A stretch of DNA of 64,000 nucleotides. Origin: Eutreptiella sp. 'Long Island Sound 2002' (lineage: Eukaryota; Protista; Euglenida). The stretch is taken from contig OZ038378.1 in NCBI GenBank assembly GCA_964036045.1, positions 180,110,001 to 180,174,000 on the forward strand. Direction: 5' to 3'. The position numbers and the translations under genes are program-made. This document shows, piece after piece, positions 10,976 to 23,895 of the stretch. How positions within the stretch are numbered: the stretch's first letter is position 1; each line of letters opens with the position of its first letter. The notes under the pieces were generated by a model. That model did not search any database. It was not told the origin of the DNA and saw only the letters and a program-made list of their open reading frames with translations.

Positions 10976-12006
10976 CCCTCCCCCCCCCTTGCAAAGTCCC
11001 CCCCCTTGCAAAGTCCCCCCCCCCCCCGGGACACCGTCACTTCCATGTTTTTCTAGTTAACATGAATTGTGCTGGTTTGTGTTGCCCATCTGCTTTACGC
11101 ATGGCCTTGCATTGCTTTCCCAGTACTACAAATCAAGCACCTGTGTATGTTCTGTGATATTCTCTCTCCAAAGGCGTTGTATGGGTGTGTTGTGTTGCTA
11201 CTTCAGACCCAAGATGTTTTCTCCCGGTGACCATGTACGGTACCACTCACGCACACTTGGTGCACATGTGTTGGCCACTGTTGTGGGGCCTTCGCCAAAT
11301 GGGACGCAGTTTTGCCACATTCGGTACATACGCCCTGGTGGGGTCACTCCGGTGGATCATGAGAGTGCTCAACTGTCAAGGCTAGAGGCTGTGGCGGTTG
11401 AATCCCCCAAGTCGCCAGAGTCACCGGATGTTACGCCCATGTCTCCGCAACCCCAAACACCGGCACAGCCTACACAACCCACTTCACTGGTGATATATGT
11501 GAGGAAAAGTGGATCCCTAAGGATTTGGTGCCTCCGAAGAAGTCGGTGGCTGCCCCCAAGGCAAGAGGAAAGGCTGCCCCCCAGCCAAGAGGAAAGCCAG
11601 CTGGTTTGGCTGTGCAAGCGGGCGCTAAAGCGGCTGCCAAACCAGCCCCGCGCGCCATTGCCTCCTCCTCCTCGGCCAGTGCAACACACCCCGTGCCTGT
11701 CATGCAAACCGAGCATGTGCAACAATTCAAAGTGTGTTATTCTCGTACCCAGAAGTTCTTTACCGTTCCTTTGGATCCTCAATAACATTTGTGTTGGATG
11801 AAACACATTGGCACCGCATCAACGCGAAAGTCGCTTCACACGTGTTCTCTTTGCTTGCGTCAGTGGAGGGTACCACAGTTTGCCTTGAGATACCCTTGCA
11901 ATCTCCCCCCCCCCCCCCCGGGACACCGTCACTTGGTGACCGTCTCCCCCCCCCACCCGGGAGACCGTCGCGCGCTACCCCGGGACTTTGCAAGGGGGGG
12001 GGAGGG
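10976..12006 (+). mobile_element. ~1-kb TIR element carrying a Tudor/SH3-like ORF fragment
   Basis: TIR ccctc(c)nttgcaaagtccc at 10976-11000 / gggactttgcaa(g)naggg at 11982-12006. Internal MFSPGDHVRYHS..VVG..CHIRYIRPGG from 11214. No TSD seen. Confidence 0.5.
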
Positions 12007-14329
12007 CACTTTTGGCACAAAATTCAATGCCAAGACACTTTCAGCCATTAGTCCGTGAAGCATGATGAGACCCGAATCCCTATTGCTCACGAAACTGCAC
12101 CAGATGCTGCAGTATGGGTGTCATATCCCCTGGCTTTTTGTCTCCTTGCTTATGGCTCGACTGCTGCTATTTGGTGCCCTGTAACGTGTTTGAGGTCACA
12201 GCCTGTTGGGGGACCCCCTGTCTGGTGCTAATTTCTGCGGGCCAACGCCACCTCAGTGACAGTACTCTGAGCAACAGGCGACCACAGGTCAAATGCACTG
12301 TATACGTCCCAAAGCAGGCGCTGCAAAAGCGGTACTCACCCGACCAGAGCGCTGCTGCACTAGGGTTAGTTTCAAAACATTCAAATTTGAATGAAGGCAG
12401 ACATTTGCACTCTGCGCTGTGGGCCACACTCAGAGTGAGGCTTCGCTGTCCGAAGACATGTTGGAGCAGGTTTCTGGTGTGGGGGGTTGGGACATCGGTG
12501 GCGTGTCTGCCCTGTGATGGGGAAGATCACGGATGTATTTGGTATTCCACACCATTTAAGAAGTGTGCATGAAACCCGTGGTGGGAAAAGGTTTAAACAC
12601 AAATATCTCTCGGAAATGTTGTTCAAGGATTATTCCGAGGATGTTGAACTGGTGCAGGAATCGTCTGCTTCATAATCTGCTGGTGTAGGGAGAACATGCA
12701 GATCCAGAGAAGCGAGAAGCTGAAATGCTCATGCATAGGTGTAGGTGTGAAGAAAGGCTCACTTTGTGCAAGGAAAAGTGAGAAGTGTAATTCTGTGACC
12801 AGTTGCCAGGTGGATGGTGACAGCTTGTTGAGACGTTGACGCTTAGGCTGTGGTGTCTTGTGTCATGGTTGGGGTGATGGGCTGAACGCGTGGAGGAGGA
12901 GGGAGAGAGGGATGTTGTAGCCTACCAACATTTGCCAATTAGTTTGCTTCTTTGTTTATGACTACGTTGATATGTGAGGGGGCAGCGTGCGGCATGGTGG
13001 TGACGTCCACGGGAAAAGTGTTGAGTTGTCGTTTGGATTTCTCTTGTGCTGGGCATACTTATTCCTGACCACACCCGGCGACAACAGGACAAGGGCCATT
13101 TCAAAGATTATGAAGTGATTGCCAAGTGTATTGTGCTCTTGATTGTGCTATGTTTCTGGGAAGGAGGTTTGTTTACACCATTTTTGTGGCCAAAGTGTTT
13201 GCTCTCCTGAGGGGGCATTTTGGAGGAGGTAATAATTAGGATGGTGTACTCGCGGCAATAGTAGTGCCTACCAAAGTTTCACACCACTGATTGTCCACAA
13301 GGGGCCAAGTGTTGGGAGTGTTAAAGTTTCCCTTGCGTGATGCCCCCATACCAAAGTTGGAGGTGTGCCGAATTCTCCCCTCATGAAATTTCCCCCGCCA
13401 AAATTGTCCAGACCCAAAGTTTCCCACGCCTTGTAATCCCTTGATGGAACCTTAACGCCCAAAAAATCTTTGTCTAGCGCGTCTAGCTCTACAGTGTTCC
13501 GCATTGGTGACTGGACTGGTGGAACCAACCCAACAGTACAATTTCCAACACCTCGCCGCCCTTGTGGCATCTGTATTGGGGGCGCGATGTGTGCGCCATG
13601 TGCACAAGCTTTGTACAGGACCATGCACATCGGCTGCGTGGCCTTTGGGGCCTTTGGTGGCTAGGGGGGTGAAGGTGGGGTGAAACACTAGTTGAATCTC
13701 GTTTCAACTTTTGCTTGTGTCTACACTTTGGGTAGCTTTCTATCCTTGTTTTTGTGCAACTACCATGGACAGTAAACCGCTACCTCCTCCCCAACCACTA
13801 GCGTGAAACTCAAGATAGCCGGGCGAGGTTTCCCTTGAAGAGAAGATCGAAGCCCAAGCTTGCGAGATTCAGCAGCTCCAAGCCCAACTAGCCAGGGTGG
13901 CGGTCTGCAACACCGCGCCATCCTTGCTGCCGTTGTCCGTGCCAGAGATCGATACAGCGCCGCAAAAGAGTGCATGGCCCAGTGGATGAGGATCACGCTC
14001 GCCAGCCTATAGGCGTGCGTCGCCTTCGGGGCCGGTGGCATGGGCGAGATCGAGGGCCGACGGAATTCTAGGGGTAGCACGACCTTGCCAAATGATGCCC
14101 AAATTCTGATGCAATTTTCTCATGCCTTTGCAAACATGGGGTTGTGGGGTGTAGTATGGTCAGAACAGTGGGGGGGGGGGCGTTTCTGCGGAGAACGACA
14201 GCATGGGGGTTTTACATAACCCCCCCCTTTTTTTGTTGGCCAAAATTTTAGGCAAAAGTAGGGTTTTCACATAACTGAAACCCCCCCCCCCTTTTGGGGG
14301 GGGAGGGTTTGCTTAGTCCACCTCACACT

Positions 14330-14600
14330 ACCACTATGTAGCATTTCTGACCACTTGTGAGTCCCCGAGAAGGCAGGGGTGAGTAGCCAATTCTGATTTT
14401 GTCCCTCTTTGTTTGGGTATCCCCGAGAATGCAGGGGTTATGTAGCATTTCCGCCCACTTGTGGGCCCCCGAGAAGGCAGGGGTGAGGCAGCCAATTCTG
14501 ATTGTGACCCCTAGCGTAGGTTTTGACTTCGGATTTTGTCCCCTTTGTTGGGGACCCCCGAGAGTGCAGGGGTGACGTAGCATTTCCGCCCTCTTTTGGG
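14330..14600 (+). repeat. ~50-bp-subunit tandem repeat family (ccccgagaaggcaggggtga...)
   Basis: Related blocks at 15290-15340, 23530-23630 and 28950-29090. Confidence 0.75.
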
Positions 14601-14630
14601 CCCCAACCTTCCGGTGCTATCGAGGAAACC

Positions 14631-15290
14631 GGGCTACTCTCTGAATCCACACTTTGTTGTGTGGCCCCTTGAGTTGGGGTCAGGGACTCTCAACACACGC
14701 TTTGTTGCGTGGCGCCTTGAGTTGGGGCGAGGGACTCTCAACCCACGCTTCGTTGTGTGGCCCCTTGACTTGGGGTTAGGGACTCTCAATCCACGCTTTG
14801 TTGCGTGGCCCCTTGAGTTGGGGTTAGGGACTCTCAATCCACGCTTTGTTGCGTGGCCCCTTGAGTTGGGGTAGAGAAGGTCTCGTAGTTCAGCGGTCAT
14901 GCACATGACGCCTGAACTAAAGGTGCTCGGTTCGAATCCCGGTGGGGGCGGAACGCAGTGTCCTAGGCGCTAGGGTGTCGGTGACCCCGCGAGCCGGAAG
15001 GGATGCTGCGAGGGACAGGTAGGGATCACTGATACGCTGGAGTTCGGAGATCGCCCGAGCAACTTACCTTACCTTACCCTTGAGTTGGGGTTAGGGACTC
15101 TCAATCCACGCTTTGTTGCGTGGCCCCTTGAGTTGGGGTTAGGGACTCTCAATCCACACTTTGTTGCGTGGCCCCTTGAGTTGGGGTTAGGGACTTGCAA
15201 TCCACGCTTTGTTGCCTGGCCCCTTGAGTTGGGGTTAGGGACTCTCAATCCACGCATTGTTGCGCGGACCCTTGAGTTGGTTAGGAACAT
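14631..15290 (+). repeat. 48-bp satellite containing GAGTTGGGGTTAGGG
   Basis: Unit ccccttgagttggggttagggactctcaatccacgctttgttgcgtgg, period 48 (16-aa ORF repeat), about 9 copies. Confidence 0.9.
14873..15076 (+). mobile_element. tRNA-derived SINE with (TTACC)3 tail and 15-bp TSD
   Basis: A-box-like tagttcagcgg, B box ggttcgaatcc, tail cttaccttaccttac. cccttgagttggggt is duplicated at 14858-14872 and 15077-15091. Confidence 0.8.
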
Positions 15291-16569
15291 CTAGCCAATT
15301 TGGATTTTGTCCCTCTTTGTTTGATGGACCCCCCGGACATGAAGTGTTAGCAAGTGGAAGTTGAAACTTTGTGACATGGGGGTTTGGGCAGGGTTTATGG
15401 CGTAGGACGGAGCCTCGAACAATTTTCCCTTGTGTGTTCTTCCACCCCCTACTTCTCACATCAGAGCGTTGGGTCTAATGGCTCAGCAACATGCCTCAAA
15501 AATTTTGCCTATCCGTTTGGGTGACCTCACATGCAATGGGATAATTTGCAAGCAGGACGCCACCACCCTCCGCGTTCTTGGTGATCAAACTAGTCGATCG
15601 TCTTGTGCGTTGCTATTGGGCCTTGTTGCTACCTGCGGCACTTTGGAACCCATGCAATACAACTTGTTGCGGACTTGTTGTGTTGCCACGGCTGCTCACG
15701 CGCTCAACGCACCGCGGTTGGGTACTTGTTCGATAAAGCCACTGCAAGCAACGACGGTCCTGAAGTTGCCTAGCAGCATTAGTGTGTTTGCTGCATACTT
15801 CATCAAGTGGAGCGAAGCACTTGCAGGTTCCCCCATACCAACCTGAGGATGTAGGGACAAGGGGGATCACGTTGCACCAGCGTATCGCTTTGGACGACGT
15901 GGGGACAAGGGGGGGGTGTGCCAACTCGGGTTGTATCGGTGGCGTTTCATAGGCTTTCAAGATTTGTTCACGATATCAAGGGAAACACATTTCTTCTTCA
16001 TCGTGACATACGGGCTCTCGACGGTGGTGATGTGTTACGTCGGTGGCAAGTGCGTTTACATTGACGTCGAGGGTACGTCCCATCGTCAAGGGCTACTATT
16101 TGCACAATTGCACGACATCCATCATCGGAGTCTAGTTCCGAAAGCAGCAGTTCGGACAACAGTGCCAAAGTGGTCGTCGCGAAAGGACACAAGAAAGTGT
16201 ACAAAAAGACCGTCAAGCAACCCCGCGGGCAAGGCAAGCAAGCGAAAAGTGGGAAGACACCCGTGGCAGCTTCAGTGGCACAGAAGCGACAAGCACAAGA
16301 ACGGAAGTCGAGTAGCGACACCAAAAGGCAGCGGAAGTAGACGATTACTTGAGGTGCACAGGCAGGTGCATAAGACGTTACGCTATGGCGGAGGGCTTGG
16401 GACCAACGCGGTGCAAGCGGTGCCTTGAGGAAATGGATATTGCAGTGAAAGGGGTAGATGGGTCTATCCGCAAGGCAATTTTTTTCTTTGGGGTGCGAAG
16501 TGCATGCGGTTCCGCGCATTGCCGCGAGACACACAACAACACACAACCATAGCGTGACAGACGATGTAC

Positions 16570-16800
16570 TTGTTGTTGGCACAGCCGAAGTTCCGAGATT
16601 GGGCACCCTGTGAAACACGAAACGACTCGAAACGACCGCATTGTGGGATTGGGCACCCCATGAAGCGGTGATCCAAAACGCGAAACGATTCGAAACGACC
16701 ATATTGTGGGACTAGGCACCCCATGAAGCAGTGATGCGAAACGCGAAACGTGACGAAACGTACGCCTTGCAGGATTGGGCACCCTGTGAGGCACCCTCTT
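16570..16800 (+). repeat. ~60-bp tandem repeat (attgggcaccccatgaag...cgaaacga)
   Basis: 3-4 imperfect copies visible. Confidence 0.7.
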
Positions 16801-19453
16801 CGGTGTTGGGCAGTGCCGAAGAGAAATCGTCCATGCCCCCCCCCCGGCAGGGGGTGTGGGCGGCTACAACCACCATTGCATTGGTGAGGAGGTAGAGGGG
16901 AGGCCTCTGTTGTTGTATGCTAACCCCTTAGGCCACCGCGTCCCTGCCACACCTGATATGTGAAACAGCAGCATCAAGTAAGCATGCAAATATCTGTCAT
17001 TTTTGAAGCAAGACACCCCCAAATTTCCTTCTGCATGCCCAAAAAATGACCAAATACACACTTGTGCACATCCACGGTAACCCCCCGCGGCGCGTTTTGG
17101 AAAATTTCAGTTGCGCGCAAAAGGGGTAAACCCCCCCCCTTTTTTCGAAGTGACCAATTTTAGGCAAACCCCCTTGACTTCACATTTCGCACAAACGCCC
17201 CCCCCCCCCCTGGGTCAGAATAGGCAGAATGGCTAATTGCCCTAGAATTTCCCTCTCTAAAATGTGCGCCGTGAACAATGATGCATGGTGTGCGTGCGGG
17301 GGGGGGGGGGGGTCAAGGACATCTAGTGGAGTTTCTGGGCCTCATTGCAAAATTTTTAAGGAGACAGAAAATTTAAGTGGACATCTGTGCGGTGTGCGGT
17401 GTGCGGTGTGCAAGCAACGTACGTGGGGCAGGAAATCCTCAGCACGATCGTGAAAATCCAGCGTTTAACAAAGTGTTCCCATGTGACTGAGCAGAATGAC
17501 TGTTTTTTTTTTTGCATTGTGTAGTTTCCAATGTGAGAAGGTTGTGCACCATGCCAAAAGGCCTGCCGGCGTAGAAAGTACTTGCACTGGATCTGCTTAT
17601 ATAATTGTGTTGGCGTCTGGGGGGTGTCAGAAGAAGTACCAGTGTTGACTTTGGCAGTGATCTTGCCGCCGCAGCCATCGTACCATGAGCCCAAGGTGCT
17701 GTTTGGCAACATAGACGAGACACAAGTCGCTGTGGTAGCATTAGCACTGTTTACGTGGCTCTTAATGTTCCTCCCCAAAGTGATCAGGGGTGGACTTGTG
17801 GGAGCAGACGTATGCAGCATTGCATAAAAGGGCTCCCATGCCGTGTAGCATATTTTCTATCCAAATATGCTGTTTCTGCCCTGTGCTTCCCCACTGGATT
17901 GCAACTATTCACATCCACCGACAGAGGCAAACTACAGTGTTGCAGAAGGCCAAAGCGGAGGCCACCCCACCTGTTCATTCACCACATGTGGCAGGACCTC
18001 AAATGGGGGATACCTCAAATGACCACACATCCCCTGCTGTATTCAGTCCTGTCCACAAGTGATCCAAAGAAGGGAGGACTCAAGTGGCTATGCAACCCTC
18101 CCCCACACACATCCACGGCTACCACTCATGTGGTGCCTTTGCACCGCACGCTATGTATGGAAGCTACTTCCCCAGCCAGCCTCCAAATAGCCCCGTTCCA
18201 AGTGCCGCCCCAAAACTAGCCACTGAACGGCCTGGAGGCCACATGCCGTTTTAAAACGGTGCAATAAATAGTGTGAGCCCGAGGCAGGCTCAACGTCAAG
18301 TCCGTGACAACAAAATGCGTCCAAACTCTGCACAATGGAGCAACATGGAATGCCTGTTTGTGTCTGTTTGGCCTGTAGCGCCTTCCTGTGTCAAAAATAC
18401 GCTGTTTTGCAAAACTGGTTTTTTGATTGGCTGGTACCCCGTTCCCTGACGGACCAATAGTCGTCCCATGTGCTGACCCAGCAGCACCCCGTCACTGGAC
18501 ACATGAGATACTGCCAAAAACAATAAAGGTTTACCCAGGCAGCTCCACTCCCCTTGTCAAGTGGCCTGACGGCCCATGGACTTGTTGCGCTCCCCAATTG
18601 TCCCTTGAATGGGCCCCCACCCGAAAGCATGGCAACAGCGTTCCTTTGCATGAGCCTGAAGCACAAACTTGCGAGGAATTGCAAGTACCTCATTGGCACA
18701 AGAGCTAGTGCGGTGCAGCCCAGCAAATGACATGGATGGGCAAATGTATAGACCCTTTGATCACCAGGCTGGCAGTCGGCTATCCAGACCATGTCGCCTA
18801 GTGCGGGGCATCCTGGCTGACCCCAGGGTATGGCTTATCAAAGGAATCAAAGTGACGGATAAAATACCAACGCCAGTAGTACTCTTTGCTTGAGGCCATT
18901 TTCATGGGGTGCAGAGAGTGGGAGCCGCAAAAGCCCAAACACCTTGTGGTGACGGTGTCCACTGACACAGCGCCAAATGGGCATTTGGGCACATCCATCT
19001 GGGGCCATTGCCTGGGTGATTGCGCCGAAAGTGGCGTGCGGGCTGCGCGTAGACCAATTGTTCTCTCGTGGTGTACGAGAACCTGTGGTGGGTGAGTGGA
19101 AGTGTTGGGCAACAGGGCCACCCAGACGTTTGTCCACATCTGCCCTCCGCCCCTCCCATCATGCCGCTGTCCTGGCATGTTCTTCACCACCACAAAGAGG
19201 AGGGTTGTCGATGTGTCGGTTGAGGAGTAGGGACACATGGAGCGCCTGTTGTGGCGTAGTGTGCCTTCAGTGGCGACCCGGTTGCCACGGTGTCGCGGGG
19301 ATGAGGTTCCTTTAAATCAACCCGTGGCTCTGGGCATGAGTGTGCATGGATGTAGCCATCGCCTGCAACATGGCGCGTCAGCACGTGCCAAGGTTCCATC
19401 TGATCGCCTTGTGGCAGCAAACAGCGCCCGCGCATGTCTCTTGCTGGCATGTG

Positions 19454-20002
19454 ATGCGCGCGCTGCGCCTGTGCATCGCACTCCTCGCAACCGCGGCCTT
19501 CCCCTGCGTCGGGACCTTCCGGCTGGTCCCGCTGCCGGACCCGGTGGCCAAGTGCAACGACGGCAGCCCCTACATGTACTACGCCCGGCCGGCCACGCGT
19601 GCACTCAACCAGGATCGGTGGATCCTGCACTTGCAGGGCGGCGGTTGGTGCTACGACGCCGCCTCCTGCAGCCGCCGCTGGGGCCAAAGCCCCGAGCTTA
19701 TGTCCTCGAAGTACGCCCCCCTCGCCATGACCGCCGGGGGGCTCCTGAGCGACGACGTGCCCGCGTGGCACTGGACCGGGGCCCACAAAGTCTACCTGCC
19801 GTACTGCAGCAGCGACGCGTGGATGGGGTCGCGGGAGGCCGGGAGCGAGACGTTCGGGTGGCACTTCCGGGGGCACGACATCCTCCGGGGGGTCCTGCGG
19901 CGATTGGTCGGCACCGGGCAGTTCACCGGGGCCTCGGAAGTGCTGCTCAGCGGCTGTTCCGCCGGTGCCCGGGGGCTGATGGTGCACTTGGACCTCCTGC
20001 GG
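19454..20002 (+). CDS. Pectin acetylesterase/Notum-family hydrolase, exon 1
   Basis: Signal peptide MRALRLCIALLATAA; motifs KCNDGSP, LQGGGWC, YCSSD, GCSAG (nucleophile Ser). Donor cgg|gtgagc, phase 0. Confidence 0.9.
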
Positions 20003-20886
20003 GTGAGCTCCATTGCCACCTGACCAGCTCCTTCTCCCTCCCGGGGGCGCTCTTGCCACCGTGCGCGCGCGACAGAAACTTTGGGTGCATCTGGGCCCCT
20101 CGCGGTGATAATTGCATCCATCAAGAGGCTTCCGGGAAAGAGCAAAAACTACCCCCAAGCCTCTGGGATTTATTGGCAGCCATAAAAAAAACCAGGAATG
20201 CAGGTGTTGTGCTTGCAACTATGCTTTTCTAGGGTTCTATGGGCTATTTGGGTGGGGTGCATCTTGGGGATGGTTCACCGATGGTCGACCACTGATGGTT
20301 GCCACGGTGCGGACGTGGTGCGCGCGCGGCGCAACAACACCCTCCCAGTCCCTTTCCTCTGCCCTCGACGCACCTTCAGTCCTGAGCTGGTGGTCGGGCG
20401 GCCACTGGACCCGTTCTTGGCCGCCCCCCCTGTGTGAGGGGGCCGCTGAATGGCACGCAGCACTGTCCCTGCACCTCTGCGCCCGCGTCGTATGCACCTG
20501 CTCTTGAATCACCTGCACGGCCCACCTCTTCGACGGGACATGTGGTCCGTTTCGCGCGGGTCGTGTTGTGCGCGTAGCGGGCGCAGCGTCTGGCGGTCCG
20601 GCCGAGGCCGTGCGAGGGGCACGTGGGTGTGCGTTGGAGCACCGGCGGCGACAATGCGCGCACAGCACGGCAACAGCAGTCGAGCCGAGCGTCAGAATTG
20701 TGCGCGAATCGCCTTCCTCTCTGTTGTACTACATCTGAACACCTTCTGACGTATGCCGTCGATGCCGTAGGGCCCTGTGGCTTGTCGGGCTTGGGGAAGA
20801 AACGTGTGGTCTTGTGGCCCCCGGGGGCTGGGCTGTAAGGCCCAGAGATGCAATGGTGCATTCCTTTGCCTGCCTTCCCCCCACCC

Positions 20887-21098
20887 CAGGGATGCGTTAG
20901 AAGGGAAGGGACCTCGGAGACAGCCCTAGAGACGGTTAGGCAGGCGGTTGGAGGAGGTTGCCAAAGCGGTTGGGGGCGGTTACTGTCGTTTACGGGTGCC
21001 GTCCAAGCTGGCACCTGCCGTTAGGGAGACAGTGGCTGGGCATAGGCTGGGCGCCCTGGAGAGGGGGAAGGGGTAACCCCCTCCCTTTCCAATGCATC
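20887..21098 (+). mobile_element. CAGGGATGC(A/G)TTAG-type MITE in intron 1
   Basis: Ends cagggatgcgttag ... ccaatgcatc. Homologous inverted copy at 49002-49211. Confidence 0.75.
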
Positions 21099-21409
21099 TC
21101 ACCCCCTGCACACAAGCACCTGCACGCGCACCCGCACCCTGACCGTGCGCATGAACCATCCGGGCCGCTTTCCCTTTCTCGGACTCTCTCCCATGAAAAA
21201 AGAACCCGGCCATCGTTCCATTGCCAGGCACTCAGAGATGGCGTACTCCTCCCGTGCGCGCACCCGTGCAGACAGTGTGTGTGAGATAGACCACCGGCTG
21301 AGGGACGAGGGTTTGAAAATGGTGGGCACAGGGAGGCCCACGCCCCATATTGCACCGGGCGCCGCGTGGCGCTGGGCACAGCCGTGGAAAGCCACCTGGA
21401 CTCTTCCAG

Positions 21410-21698
21410 GAATATCTCCCGCCGGGGCTGCGGCTGCTGGTGCTGCTGGACAGCCCGTTTTGGGTGGTGCCGCCGGAGCCCCCAGTCGCCGTGCCCTGGC
21501 CCCTGGTGCGGCAGACGCAGGCAGTGCTGGGCTTCGCCAACACGACCGCCGTCCAGGGCGAGGCGTGCCGCATGCGCCACCCGGAGCCCGAGCACCGGTG
21601 GCGGTGCCTGTTCGCGCAGTTCCGGCTGCCCTTCGTGGCCCAGCCCTACGTCCTGCACACGGCCCTGTACGACGCCTTCCAGATCGAGCAGGGCACAG
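21410..21698 (+). CDS. Pectin acetylesterase/Notum-family hydrolase, exon 2
   Basis: Acceptor ctcttccag|gaa (phase 0). C..RHPEPEHRWRCLFAQF.LPF..P....LYDAFQI (catalytic Asp region). Donor acag|gtgcgt (phase 1). Confidence 0.88.
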
Positions 21699-23392
21699 GT
21701 GCGTGTGCGGTGATGCGGCCCTGGGCCTGGGCGTTGTCTTCTGGGGTGCGCTTCCCCAGAGCCATGGGGCAAGAAGTTGCGAATGTTCGGCAAAAGTCCT
21801 CTCTGGTACATCCCAGTTCCAGCGTGCGCCGCGAGAAGCTCTTTAGACAGGCCATCAATGCCAGAAACACGATCCTCAACCTGATGACATGTCACAATGC
21901 CCTGTGTGCGACGGGGCGGGGTCGCGCCGGAACCCCCCGCCTTTGAAATTCCCCCACCGCTCGCAATCCCACTCCCCTGTCACTTGGCCATTTCTTTAAT
22001 TTGCCAAGGCATGTTTTCTGGATTCGTGATATTGTGGAATGCATCGTCCAGCCACAGGTTTTGAAGACTGCTATCGTCCATTTGCATGTGACATGGCGCG
22101 CTGCGCATGCTTCGCCTCAGTCTCCACATTCCCCCCTCCACCTTGCGGAGGTACAATCTTGTCTAAGCATGCAGTGGGCGCTGAACCAGCGTTTTTGAAT
22201 TTTCTAGGACCACGGTTTTTTTCGGTCCCAAATGTAAGATTCGGTGTTTGGGGGCCGGTTGTAGAGGGAAAGAGGGGCTCAGTAATGCCTGTGATTGTTC
22301 CCTCTGTTCCTACCAGCATTCTGCCCCACATTGCAACGCAATGCTGTTTGTTTTGATGTGAGTGGATATTGTGGATGCTGGGTGTGTGCCAAGAAACCAG
22401 CCCAAAACCATTCAAGGCAAGCCAAAAGGCAAGCGTGTGCAGTTCCTTAAGATGAGGCGAAAGGGTGGAAAGCGCCTCTATTCTGCAGCACCTGATGCCC
22501 ACAATGGCCAATGAGGGCAGCCAGGAAATGCGGAATGTTGCCTGCACATTGCGTCATGGTGTGGGTAAGATTTGGAGAGGTTTTCAGTGTACGCACTCTT
22601 TGCGACTGCGTGTGTCACGCGCAAGCACAGCCTTGTCTAAGCACGGGGCTCCGCTGCGTTTGCCGGACCTGTGCACCATCGGGCAATGATTTCCTGCCGG
22701 TGGGATATCGGGCGTGACGGCCATCGTCGGATTATGGCTAAGCAAGGGGTGGCGTTGGACTGCTGTTTTGCCTGGTTTTTCCGGGACTGCGGCCATGCTC
22801 GCGCAATGGGGAGGTGTCCCCAGAGTCCCCAGATGTGACACCCACTCCTAAACCTGCACCTCAACCTGAACCAGCAGCACAATGCACCACAGTGCCGCCG
22901 CCCTCCGCGTCCAAACAAGCGCTGTCTATCGTGTGCCAGTGGTTGATGAATAACCAGACACGTGGTTATAGCCGTGCGCAAGGGTGGGGGATCGCCGTGC
23001 GCAACCGTGCGCCATCTTCACAGCCAGCCGTGCACTACCGTGCGCTACCCCTGCATCTAGCCGTGCGCATCCGCGCGGCCAGTTTTTTTGGTTGACCGGA
23101 AAGCCCCTTAAGTGCCAGCCGTGTCCGACAATGGTGTTTATTGCAGGGGGGGGGGGGGGTCCTTGACTTCGACTCCCCCCCCTCCCTGGAAATTGGCTGG
23201 AAAGTGCTGAACCATGGGCACCAAAGGCGCCGTAAGGAAAATTTGCTTGTTCTAGTAGAGGGTGAAAAAATGGGTTTTCACCCCATGTGTCTATACTCAA
23301 AATACTCAGATTTTTCAGGAGAACCCAATAATGGATGAAAACCAAATTGGATTGAATATCAATACCATTCCTGTGTGGAAATATGTCAGAGA

Positions 23393-23465
23393 TGGCCCAT
23401 ACCCTAGTGGGTAAAGCAGTGCCTCTGCAATTGAAAGGTCACGGGAACAATCCCTAGTGGGGACA
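23393..23465 (+). mobile_element. Degenerate tRNA-like SINE head
   Basis: tagtgggtaaagc...aaaggtcacgggaacaatccctagtgggg has the same layout as the 14.9-kb SINE head. B box is degenerate. Confidence 0.4.
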
Positions 23466-23697
23466 ATCTGCAGGACTCTAAGCCGGATCAAGGACCCAAT
23501 GGAATTTTTTTTGTTTTTTTTGTGCTTTGATTTTGTCCCCTTTGTTGGGGAGCCCCGAGAATGCAGGGGTTATGTAGCATGTCCGCCCACTTGTGGGCCC
23601 CCGAGAAGGTAGGGGTGAGGCAGCCAAAAGCTGCTGCACAAAACGAACCTAGAAGCAGACCCAAGCTCCATCAAGGGCCCCACTACAGAGAGGCAAG

Positions 23698-23895
23698 GTG
23701 GATGTATTTCAACAGCGACTACAATATGAGACATTAGCAGCAGCAACAACAACCCTGATGTTCGCGAGCCATCTGCAACGTGATGGGTGGGATACACCAC
23801 AATCCTTGAAGCTTTTGACGCCTGAGGATATGGCGCAAATGAATATTCTGCCAGGAGATCCGCGCTTGATGGTGGAGATACTGAAGGATTTGTAG
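23698..23895 (+). pseudogene. SAM (sterile alpha motif) domain fragment inside the TIR element
   Basis: FASHLQRDGWDTPQSLKLLTPEDMAQMNILPGDPRLMVEILKDL fits the SAM pattern F...G.D....L.LLT.EDL..M.I..G....I...L. Confidence 0.6.

Noticed and set aside
14880-14950. Functional tRNA gene
   Set aside because: The anticodon arm does not fold, and the sequence continues into a body, tail and TSD, so it is a SINE head.
14631-15290. CRISPR-like array
   Set aside because: Units are contiguous with no unique spacers, there are no cas genes, and the context is eukaryotic.
14169-17210. 3-kb TIR element (ggggcgtttctgcg / cgcacaaacgcccc)
   Set aside because: The match is short, mostly a G/C homopolymer, and no TSD was found.
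17400-19200. Possible degraded DDE transposase (NIDET on +, WYDGCGG on -)
   Set aside because: The motifs are on opposite strands, with many stops and no consistent catalytic set.
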